This document shows, piece after piece, positions 45,722 to 53,595 of a DNA stretch of 53,595 nt (the first letter of the stretch is position 1; each line of letters starts with the position of its first letter). The stretch is taken from positions 1 to 53,595 of the forward strand of contig JAUYMR010000012.1 in the NCBI GenBank assembly GCA_030698695.1, written 5' to 3'. Under the pieces are notes generated by a model. That model did no database searches, had not been told where the DNA came from, and was given only the letters and a program-made list of their open reading frames with translations. The translations under genes and the position numbers were made by a program. This DNA is from a bacterium (GTDB lineage: Bacteria > Patescibacteriota > Minisyncoccia > UBA6257 > WO2-44-18).

Positions 45722-46867
45722 ATGAATTTTAGGATTCTTAAAAAAGCCAAGCGTGGCTATGGTCGGCTGGGCGTTATTGAAACTGATCATGGCGTTATTC
45801 ATACGCCATCTTTTGTTCCTGTGGGCACTCAAGCAACCGTTAAGGGATTAACCGTTGATCAATTGAGATCTTTGGGGACGGAATCGGTTCTTTGCAATAC
45901 TTATCATCTATATTTGCGACCGGGTGATAAGACGGTTAAAAAAATGGGTGGGTTGCACAAATTTATGAATTGGGATCGACCCATTTGGACGGATAGCGGG
46001 GGATTTCAAGCATTCAGCCTGGGTGCCGCTATTGAGCATGGCGTGGGGAAAATAGCCAGCATCTTTCCTGGAAGAAATCAAAAAGATGTGGGCGAGAAAG
46101 AGCGCGTGATTAAAGATGGATTAACGCGTATCACCGAAGATGGCGTTGAATTCCGCTCTCATTTGGATGGCTCTAAGCACCTTTTTACGCCAGAGAAGTC
46201 TATGGAGATTCAAGAAAATCTGGGTGCCGATATAATTTTTGCTTTTGATGAATGCACCTCCCCGCTACATGATTATCAATATACTAAAAAATCCATGGAA
46301 CGCACTCACAGATGGGCTAAGCGTTCTTTGGTCGCGCATAAACAGAAAGAGAAAAAACAATCCCTATTCGGCATTGTTCAGGGCGGCGCCTATAAAGATT
46401 TACGCGAGATCAGCGCTCAGTTTATCGGTAGTTTATCTTTCCCGGGTTTTGGCATCGGCGGCTCATTGGGTAAATCTAAAAAAGATATGTATAAAGTTTT
46501 GGAGTGGACTATGCCGCATTTGCCGGAAGATAAGCCCAGACATTTATTGGGCATAGGTTCTCCGGAAGATATTTATGAATGTGTTAAGAGGGGGGTGGAT
46601 ACCTTTGATTGTGTTTTGCCCACTAGATTGGGCAGAAACGGCAATGCTTTATTGTCCGGAGAGAATTTGAATATTAAATCAGGTCGCTATCTAAAAGATA
46701 AAAAGCCAATTGATAAAAAATGCAAATGCTATACTTGTCAGAATCATACGCGCGCCTACGTTAGTCATCTGTTTAGAGCCAATGAAATGCTGGGACCAAT
46801 TTTGACTACCATACACAATTTATTTTTTATGGAAGAATTAATGAAGGGTATTAGAAAAAGCATCTGA
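45722..46867 (+). CDS. tgt: tRNA-guanine transglycosylase
   Basis: TPSFVPVGT, NTYHL, TDSGGFQ, FGIVQGG, DCVLPTR, CKCYTC. Confidence 0.97.
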   Translation: MNFRILKKAKRGYGRLGVIETDHGVIHTPSFVPVGTQATVKGLTVDQLRSLGTESVLCNTYHLYLRPGDKTVKKMGGLHKFMNWDRPIWTDSGGFQAFSLGAAIEHGVGKIASIFPGRNQKDVGEKERVIKDGLTRITEDGVEFRSHLDGSKHLFTPEKSMEIQENLGADIIFAFDECTSPLHDYQYTKKSMERTHRWAKRSLVAHKQKEKKQSLFGIVQGGAYKDLREISAQFIGSLSFPGFGIGGSLGKSKKDMYKVLEWTMPHLPEDKPRHLLGIGSPEDIYECVKRGVDTFDCVLPTRLGRNGNALLSGENLNIKSGRYLKDKKPIDKKCKCYTCQNHTRAYVSHLFRANEMLGPILTTIHNLFFMEELMKGIRKSI

Positions 46868-46922
46868 TTTTTAATATCTTAACGCCTCAGACGCTTTTGT
46901 CCTTTAGTATTTTGATTTTTTT

Positions 46923-46954
46923 ATCATCCACTACCCTTAAGGGTAGTGGATGAT
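46923..46954. repeat. perfect 32-bp palindrome (possible terminator or REP-like element)
   Basis: ATCATCCACTACCCTTAAGGGTAGTGGATGAT. Confidence 0.75.
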
Positions 46955-47039
46955 TTTGTGGTGAGATTCTCATTAAATTTAAAACCCCCCGAAGACAATG
47001 GTGTCTTCGGGGGTGCGCATGATATCCATCGCGGGCGGA

Positions 47040-47201
47040 CTAATTGCTCTTGATGGATTTTTCTCTGATGTCACAACCGACATCGGCGAGGCGGTCGTGG
47101 TGGGGGCATTTGTCGGGACGGCCATCCCGGGTTTCCATACACTCACCAATGCGTCCGTGGGCCATGCAGACCCACTGGCGGATTTCGGGCTTGGAGTCCA
47201 T
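47040..47201 (-). CDS. small Cys/His-rich protein (53 aa, not in ORF track)
   Basis: SD AAGGAGG; MDSKPEIRQWVCMAHGRIGECMETRDGRPDKCPHHDRLADVGCDIREKSIKSN; upstream TTGACA..TATACT; terminator at 46985-47013. Confidence 0.7.
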   Translation of the reverse strand: MDSKPEIRQWVCMAHGRIGECMETRDGRPDKCPHHDRLADVGCDIREKSIKSN

Positions 47202-47368
47202 AACAGACCTCCTTACAAAAAGTGCTAATCGCCGAATCCGGGCGATACGGTGCCCGTCCTTGGGCGATTATTTCCTAATTAAAGTATAGCACATAACGCC
47301 ATAACCTGTCAATGACGTATTATCAAGCCGGAAAACAAAAAAGAGCAAAATTGCTCTTTTTTGTTGTG

Positions 47369-47440
47369 TGCCGCGGGGGTGAATCGAACACCCGACACGA
47401 CGCTCTTCAGGCGTCTGCTCTACCACTGAGCTACCGCGGC
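47369..47440 (-). tRNA. tRNA-Phe(GAA)
   Basis: GCCGCGG TA GCTC AGTGGTA GAGC A GACGC CT GAA GA GCGTC GTGTC GGGTG TTCGATT CACCC CCGCGGC A. Confidence 0.96.
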
Positions 47441-47495
47441 CTAAAAATATAATAAATCAGTTGCGCTATTCATACAAGACCTTATTATTAATAAT

Positions 47496-47825
47496 ATGAA
47501 TGATTTAATCAAAAAACATTGTATTCCTTGTGAGGGAGGAGTATCGCCGTTGGATGAGATTGAAATTAAAGAATATCTTAAACAGGTTCCAGAGTGGTCG
47601 TTTATCAAAAGCCCCCATCATTCAATTGATCGTGAATTCAAATTCAGAAATTTTATTGAAGCTATGGAATTTGTTAATAAAGTGGCCGATTTGGCCGAAA
47701 GAGAGGGCCATCATCCTGATATAACTATAAATTATAACAAAGTAAATCTTAGTTTATGGACGCATGCCATTGGCGGTTTATTTGAAAATGATTTTATATT
47801 AGCCGCTAAGATAGACAAGCTATAA
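47496..47825 (+). CDS. phhB: pterin-4-alpha-carbinolamine dehydratase
   Basis: CIPCEGG, AEREGHHPDI, WTHAIGGL.ENDFILAAKID. Confidence 0.93.
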   Translation: MNDLIKKHCIPCEGGVSPLDEIEIKEYLKQVPEWSFIKSPHHSIDREFKFRNFIEAMEFVNKVADLAEREGHHPDITINYNKVNLSLWTHAIGGLFENDFILAAKIDKL

Positions 47826-47886
47826 TAAGCGTGTTAGAAAGACTTTTCCACAGGCGAAAATTGTTTCGCTAAGTTAGAATTAAGAA

Positions 47887-50133
47887 ATGGAATATCCTCA
47901 ATCAGTTAAGAAAAGAGACGGACAATTAGAAACATTTAATCAGCAGCGGATCGCCGATGCTATTCTAAAGGCCCTCAATGCTACCGGAGAGGGTAAGGAA
48001 GAAGAGGCTAGAAAGCTTGCCCAGAAAGTCGCACAAGCGTTAGCTAAAAAATATCCATCAAAAAATATCGTTAGTATTGAAGATATTCAGGATGTCGTTG
48101 AGGAGACTTTGATTTTGACTGATTATCCCAAAACAGCCAAAGCTTATATCCTTTATCGCAAGGAGCGATCTCAATTGCGCGAGCAAAGAAAAGAAATCCC
48201 CGAGGATGTTAAAAAGTTGGTCATAGAAAGCAGAAAATATTTCCGTAATTCGTTATCAGAGTTTGTTTATTATCGTAGTTATTCCAGATGGATTGATAAT
48301 GAGGGCAGGCGTGAGACTTGGATTGAAACTGTAGATCGCTATATTGGGTTTATGAAAGAAAACATTGGCGATGCCTTATCGGGGTTGGAGTATCAAGAAT
48401 TGCGTGAAGCTATATTACGTCAAGAAGTTATGCCCTCTATGCGTTTAATGTGGAGCGCTGGCAAAGCGGCCAAATCTAGTAATGTTGCCGGTTATAATTG
48501 TTCTTTTATAGCTCCGTCAAAATTGCAAGATTTTGGCGAGATACTTTATTTATCAACTTGTGGCGCTGGTGTGGGGTTTTCGGTAGAACAACAAACTGTT
48601 CAAATGCTTCCCCAAATTAAACAGCAGACTAGTAAAGTGCCGATTAATTATATTGTTGAAGATAGTCGTGAAGGTTGGGCGGACGCTTTAGTGAATGGTC
48701 TTAAAGCTTGGTTCGGTGGTAAAGATATAAAATTTGATTATTCTAGGGTGCGGCCAGTGGGCGCCAGATTAAAAACAATGGGCGGACGTAGCTCTGGCCC
48801 CGGTCCATTGCGTGAATTATTAGATTTTGCTCGCCGAAAAATATTAGCCAAACAAGGTAGGCGTCTAGAGTCCATAGATGTTCATGATTTGGTTTGTAAA
48901 ATAGGCGAAGTAGTTGTTTCTGGCGGTGTTAGACGTAGCGCCTTGATCTCCTTATCGGATTTAGATGATCAAAAGATGCGCTTAGCTAAAAGCGGACAAT
49001 TTTATATCAATGAACCGCAAAGATCTATGGCCAATAATTCGGTGGCTTATATCAAAAGACCAACCGCCACTGAATTTCTTGATGAATGGATAGCTTTGGC
49101 TAAAAATGGCACGGGTGAGCGAGGCATTTTCAATCGTGGCGATCTGAAAAGTCAGGTACCGGCTCGTAGGTGGAAGGTTTTAGCGAAAGACGCGGCTACC
49201 ACCGGCACCAATCCTTGCGGAGAAATTATTCTTAAATCTAAAGAATTTTGTAACTTGACAGAGGTTGTGGCCAGAGTTGAAGATACCGAAGAAATTTTAT
49301 TAAAAAAAATTCGGTTAGCGACAATTTTAGGGACCTATCAATCAACTTTGACCGATTTTCCATATCTTTCTAAGGAATGGAAGAAGAATTGCGAGCAAGA
49401 AAGATTGTTGGGCGTGTCTATTACCGGTCAATGGGATTGTCCGGTAGTCCGCCAACCGGAAGTGATGTCAAAATTGAGAGAAAAAGCAATTGAAATCAAT
49501 AAGGAATATGCTGAAAAAATGAGCATAAATCCATCAACGTCAATCACTTGCGTGAAGCCGTCAGGCACAGTTTCTCAATTAGTAGACGCGGCTTCTGGTA
49601 TGCATCCGCGACACGCCCAATATTATATTCGCCGTATCCGCATATCAGCTACCGATAGCTTATTTAAAATGTTAAAAGACCAAAAAATTCCTTACTATCC
49701 CGAGGTCGGTCAGAAGGACGGCGAAGCCAACACCTATGTTTTAGAATTTCCAGTCAAAGCGCCGCCGGGGTCGGTATTGCGCAATGACATAACGGCTTTA
49801 CAGCAAATAGACTATTGGAAAATTGTTAAAGAGAATTATACCGAACATAATCCTTCGGTAACTGTTTCTGTGGGCGATGATGAGTGGATAGCGGTGGCTA
49901 ATAAGGTGTATGAAAATTGGCCCATAATTGGTGGTTTATCCTTTTTGCCCAGGTTTGAACACGTTTATGCTTTGGCGCCGTATGAAGAAATAACTGAAGA
50001 GAAATATAATGCGATGATAGCTGAATATCCCGATATAGATTTTTCTCAGATAATCATTTATGAGAAGGAAGACGAGACTCAGGGAGCTAAAGAATTAGCC
50101 TGTGTCGGTGGAGTTTGCGAAATTTTACAGTAA
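47887..50133 (+). CDS. nrdJ: class II (AdoCbl-dependent) ribonucleotide reductase with N-terminal ATP cone
   Basis: VKKRDG ATP cone, YNCSF, GGVRRSALI, TNPCGEI, VKPSGT, C-terminal CVGGVC. Confidence 0.93.
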   Translation: MEYPQSVKKRDGQLETFNQQRIADAILKALNATGEGKEEEARKLAQKVAQALAKKYPSKNIVSIEDIQDVVEETLILTDYPKTAKAYILYRKERSQLREQRKEIPEDVKKLVIESRKYFRNSLSEFVYYRSYSRWIDNEGRRETWIETVDRYIGFMKENIGDALSGLEYQELREAILRQEVMPSMRLMWSAGKAAKSSNVAGYNCSFIAPSKLQDFGEILYLSTCGAGVGFSVEQQTVQMLPQIKQQTSKVPINYIVEDSREGWADALVNGLKAWFGGKDIKFDYSRVRPVGARLKTMGGRSSGPGPLRELLDFARRKILAKQGRRLESIDVHDLVCKIGEVVVSGGVRRSALISLSDLDDQKMRLAKSGQFYINEPQRSMANNSVAYIKRPTATEFLDEWIALAKNGTGERGIFNRGDLKSQVPARRWKVLAKDAATTGTNPCGEIILKSKEFCNLTEVVARVEDTEEILLKKIRLATILGTYQSTLTDFPYLSKEWKKNCEQERLLGVSITGQWDCPVVRQPEVMSKLREKAIEINKEYAEKMSINPSTSITCVKPSGTVSQLVDAASGMHPRHAQYYIRRIRISATDSLFKMLKDQKIPYYPEVGQKDGEANTYVLEFPVKAPPGSVLRNDITALQQIDYWKIVKENYTEHNPSVTVSVGDDEWIAVANKVYENWPIIGGLSFLPRFEHVYALAPYEEITEEKYNAMIAEYPDIDFSQIIIYEKEDETQGAKELACVGGVCEILQ

Positions 50134-50170
50134 TATACTTAGAGAAAATTTTGTATTCTGTAGCCAATTT

Positions 50171-50968
50171 TTATAGCAAGTTGAGTTTTTTCCGTTCCAA
50201 GTGTTTTTCAGATTCCAAAACAATCTTTTCCATCATATTCACGGCTCCTACGGGATATTTGCCGATGGCGCTTTCTTCAGATAGCATTACCGCGTCAGAT
50301 CCGTCCAAAATAGCGTGAGCTACGTCAGAAACTTCGGCGCGAGTAGGGGTCGGATTTTCAACCATTGATAGCAACATTTGCGTAGCCGTTATAACGGGTT
50401 TGCGCGCCTTATTACATTTTTTAATAATCATTTCTTGAATAAACGGCAGGCGTTCTATCGGCACAGCCATACCCAGATCGCCGCGGGCGACCATGACGGC
50501 GTCAGCGGCTTTGATGATCTCGTCTATATTGTCAACGGCCATTTGTCGTTCTATTTTGGCAATAATCGGTTTTATTTTGCCGTGCTTTTTCATTAGGTCC
50601 CGCAATTCCGTGATATCGTTTTTATCGCCAACATAAGAAAGGGCGATATAGTCTATGTTTTGTTCTAGGCCGAACGCTAAATCTCTCATATCTTTGGGTG
50701 TTATAGCTTTTTTAGCGCCTACTTGAAAGTGATGGCCCTCTACTGTTGTTTCTCGTGGTCCGGATAGATCTTGAATAATAGGTATGGGGCGACCCATTTT
50801 CGCGGCAGCCTTGCGGATGCGATTTATGTAATCAGTGTGTTCTTCATGTGTGCCATGAGAGAAATTGAGGCGGGCTATATCCATTTGGCTGTTTATCATT
50901 TCTTGCAAAACACTCAGCTCTTTGCTAGCCGGTCCTATGGTGGCAACTATTTGCGCGCGTGATGACAT
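50171..50968 (-). CDS. pyk: pyruvate kinase, barrel-only short form
   Basis: [43 protein letters not shown]. Confidence 0.92.
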   Translation of the reverse strand: MSSRAQIVATIGPASKELSVLQEMINSQMDIARLNFSHGTHEEHTDYINRIRKAAAKMGRPIPIIQDLSGPRETTVEGHHFQVGAKKAITPKDMRDLAFGLEQNIDYIALSYVGDKNDITELRDLMKKHGKIKPIIAKIERQMAVDNIDEIIKAADAVMVARGDLGMAVPIERLPFIQEMIIKKCNKARKPVITATQMLLSMVENPTPTRAEVSDVAHAILDGSDAVMLSEESAIGKYPVGAVNMMEKIVLESEKHLERKKLNLL

Positions 50969-51029
50969 AGTTATTTAGTTAATTGGTTAATTAGCGAATT
51001 CATTTTAGATATTAGGAATTGGAAATTGA

Positions 51030-52232
51030 TCATTTAATAGTAATCAAGCGGTTGTATTTTGCTATTCTCTCACCTCTTTGCATAGCCCCTAATTTTATTC
51101 CAAAAGCTCCGGTGGCGATGGCTAGATCAACTATGAAGCTATCATTAGTTTCTCCGCTACGATGACTGATAACGCATTCAATATCGTTGTCTCGCGCTAA
51201 TTTCATAGTCGTTAATGTTTCAGTCAATGTTCCTATTTGGTTTGGCTTGATAATAACCGCGCCAATACTATTTTTATCTATGGCTTCTTGTAGTCGTGTT
51301 TTGTTGGTGACTGTTAAATCATCACCGACAATTAATGGTTTAATGGCTGATTTTAGTTTGGCAAAATTATCAAAATCTTCTTCGCCAAATGGATCTTCAA
51401 TAGATAACAGGGGATAATCAACCGCCATTTTTTTATACAGTTTTATCAATTCGTCAGCAGTCATATTTGAACCGCTAACTTTATATGAGCCGCTTTCTAA
51501 AAAAGAGGATGCGGCTACGTCCATGGCTAATTTTATTTGATTTTTGAAACCAGATTTATCAACAGCTTCCATTAACAATTTTAGAGGTTCTTCAACATCG
51601 GTTAAGTTTGGCACAAAGCCGCCCTCATCGCCGATGTTGGCTTTTAGAATTTTCTTGAGAGAATTTTGAACTGAGTGGATTATATTTAGATTATCTTCTA
51701 GATTATCCATCTGAGGGACTAGATGATATTCCTGAAAAGCTAGATCGGTAACAGCGTGCTTACCGCCATTAATTAAGTTGGCATAAAGATAGGGCAGGGG
51801 GCGTGATTTTTTTATATCCGCCAAGTCATTAATATGCTGCCATAGTGAACGTTTCGTTGTGGCGGCGCCCAATCTGGCGATGGCCAAACTTACTCCTAAA
51901 ATGGAGTTGGCGCCCAGATTGGCTTTGTCGGGCGTATTGTCCAGAGATAGTAAAAGATTGTCTATATCCGCTTGGTATTCGGGATTTTTATTTAATATGG
52001 CTGGAGCAATGATCTGATTGACGTTAGCGGCAGCTTTTTTTACACCCAAACCACCGAAACGTTTATTGTCGCCGTCTCTTAACTCAACGGCCTCAAACTT
52101 ACCAGTGCTCGCCCCAGAGGGTACGGATGCGCTTACTTGATAATTTTCCGTGGCGGCCGTAATCAGCAGAGTCGGATTGCCTCGCGAATCCAATATTTCT
52201 TCAGCTTGCAGTGATTTAATTTTATTGGTCAT
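51030..52232 (-). CDS. eno: enolase
   Basis: EILDSRGNPT, PSGASTG, GDEGGF, VGDDL, SHRSGET. Confidence 0.97.
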   Translation of the reverse strand: MTNKIKSLQAEEILDSRGNPTLLITAATENYQVSASVPSGASTGKFEAVELRDGDNKRFGGLGVKKAAANVNQIIAPAILNKNPEYQADIDNLLLSLDNTPDKANLGANSILGVSLAIARLGAATTKRSLWQHINDLADIKKSRPLPYLYANLINGGKHAVTDLAFQEYHLVPQMDNLEDNLNIIHSVQNSLKKILKANIGDEGGFVPNLTDVEEPLKLLMEAVDKSGFKNQIKLAMDVAASSFLESGSYKVSGSNMTADELIKLYKKMAVDYPLLSIEDPFGEEDFDNFAKLKSAIKPLIVGDDLTVTNKTRLQEAIDKNSIGAVIIKPNQIGTLTETLTTMKLARDNDIECVISHRSGETNDSFIVDLAIATGAFGIKLGAMQRGERIAKYNRLITIK

Positions 52233-52404
52233 TTTGTTGTTTTTTAATTTCTTTTTTTAAAATGTCTTTAAATGAAGGTTTGCGCTCGCCCTCTTTTTGT
52301 TTATTTAAATCTTTGTCCCCAGTTTCTGTAACGGGTTGAGTTTTCTTTTCTTGGCTGGGAATAGTTGGTTTACTGATTTTCTCAGGCCATAATTTATCCA
52401 TCAT
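52222..52404 (-). CDS. small hypothetical protein overlapping the eno start
   Basis: 60 aa, upstream TATAAT, stop overlaps the eno 5' end. Confidence 0.5.
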   Translation of the reverse strand: MMDKLWPEKISKPTIPSQEKKTQPVTETGDKDLNKQKEGERKPSFKDILKKEIKKQQNDQ

Positions 52405-52530
52405 ATTTAATAATTATAACATTGGCCTTAGATACGTACCACTGTTGAGAAATGTTGTACAGTAAACAAAAATAATGTATTGTTTTATCAGTATTTTAAC
52501 AATTTTAAAAACCCCTTAAGGAGGACTGCT

Positions 52531-52977
52531 TTGTCATTTAAACCAGCCCTGATTCCAGAATAATTTGTTGGAAAATGCATTATTAATGCCGTAGCCGTGT
52601 ATTCAAAAGATAGATACCTGATCCTTAAATTAAGTGATGATAGGGTGTTTAAATCAGTTATTAGAGCTTATCAATTGCCCAACAGAACTGGGATTGGTTT
52701 CATGCCAGATTTTATTAATGTTGGCGGAACGGCCCTAATAAGAGCAAAACCAAAGGTTGAGATTAGATTCTTGTTGGGTCAGATAATAAAGAGAGTTTTT
52801 ATTGGTGACACACCCAACAGTCCTTATGGTTCATTTATAACAATGTTTTTTAGAGAAGATGAAGTTGCTGTGATGCGTATTGAAGCTTCACCGGTATTAC
52901 CAGGACAGAAAGCAGTAAACAACTTTGCCGTTTTTAGAGGCATGCCTCCTGAGAGTACGAGAATTGTTACGATATAA
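52531..52977 (+). pseudogene. hypothetical accessory gene with a premature TAA at codon 11
   Basis: SD AAGGAGG then TTG at 52531, in frame with ORF 52597-52977 but TAA at 52561-52563; terminator at 52983-53006. Confidence 0.55.
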
Positions 52978-53137
52978 ATATTAAAAGGGCCCCAATGGCC
53001 CTTTTTGTTTAGTTGATTTTATCAGCATTTGATAGTATGCTAACCCAAGATATCCGCGAGCCGAATTTAAGCAGGCTTAATACGTCGTTTTGCTCGAAGA
53101 GTCTACAAGGTCGTTTAATAAAATATATCAGAGCAAA

Positions 53138-53320
53138 ATGTCATACGATCCTAACCGCGGCAACGCGCCGACTAAGAGATTCGAAGGAAATTGGAAATGC
53201 TCCAAATGTGGAGCGGATATTACCAGTCTTCCATTTGAGCCAGATCCGTCTAGACTAGATCAGCTCAAGTGTTTTGATTGTCATCGTAAAGATGCTCCGC
53301 CTCGCAGAAACTTCAGATAA
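53138..53320 (+). CDS. CxxC-x17-CxxC zinc-ribbon protein
   Basis: CSKCGADITSLPFEPDPSRLDQLKCFDC; terminator AAACACCCCCGC-AAA-GCGGGGGTGTTT follows. Confidence 0.85.
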   Translation: MSYDPNRGNAPTKRFEGNWKCSKCGADITSLPFEPDPSRLDQLKCFDCHRKDAPPRRNFR

Positions 53321-53447
53321 GCATTTAAAACACCCCCGCAAAGCGGGGGTGTTTGTTTTAACACCCCTTGACTTCTATTAATATATATGATATACTACGT
53401 AAAACAGTTATTTGAAAAACTAATACCATTTCCAAGGAGTGGAAAAA

Positions 53448-53595
53448 GTGGTTAACGACAGAAGTGACAAAAAGTTGATTAAGGAGGGTGACCACATGGT
53501 GTGGGTCACTAGGGAAGAGTTGAATCGTCGCAAGGCTCGGGACAAGGCCAGGGACAAAAAGGCTAAGGATCAGAGGGGCAAAGAGTTGGGTAGGC
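53448..53595 (+). CDS. basic hypothetical protein, truncated by window end
   Basis: Promoter TTGACT-17-TATACT (53368-53396); SD AAGGAG + GTG 53448 (or AAGGAGG + ATG 53496); open frame to the end. Confidence 0.5.
   Translation, partial: MVNDRSDKKLIKEGDHMVWVTREELNRRKARDKARDKKAKDQRGKELGR

Noticed and set aside
46998..47289. Plus-strand ORFs 46998-47228 and 47044-47289
   Set aside because: Shadows of the minus-strand 53-aa gene, which has the promoter, SD and terminator.
241..53258. Numerous 60-120 aa antisense or overlapping ORFs in the track
   Set aside because: They overlap confident genes and have no motifs or expression signals.

Overview
AT-rich bacterial chromosome segment whose gene content and streamlined proteins point to a Patescibacteria/CPR (Parcubacteria-like) genome (inference). 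It is mostly housekeeping: rnc (partial), nusB, rpmF, rnhB, dnaE, thrS, a hinge-less smc, rpsP-khpA-[RAYT]-trmD, a beta-CASP/LOG/MgtC cluster, a membrane-anchored Clp ATPase, polX, infC-rpmI-rplT, tmRNA-smpB, iscS, L10 leader-rplJ-rplL, mraZ-rsmH-ftsL-ftsI-murF, tsaC, tgt, nrdJ, pyk and eno. Single-gene accessory cassettes and many small palindromic or tandem repeats are interspersed. The standout feature is a nested tRNA locus at 39173-39376 (-). A tRNA with anticodon CGC is split at the canonical 37/38 position by a 132-nt insert whose ends base-pair, and that insert contains a complete tRNA-Val(CAC) with encoded CCA. Other notable signals: a RAYT gene carrying its own REP palindrome inside the ORF; a GGTCG motif 21-24 nt upstream of four small genes; leaderless core genes versus boxA-like/SD/terminator accessory cassettes (one with no ORF); and in-frame palindromic or heptamer insertions in conserved proteins. 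All calls are by eye from motifs; no database searches were run.
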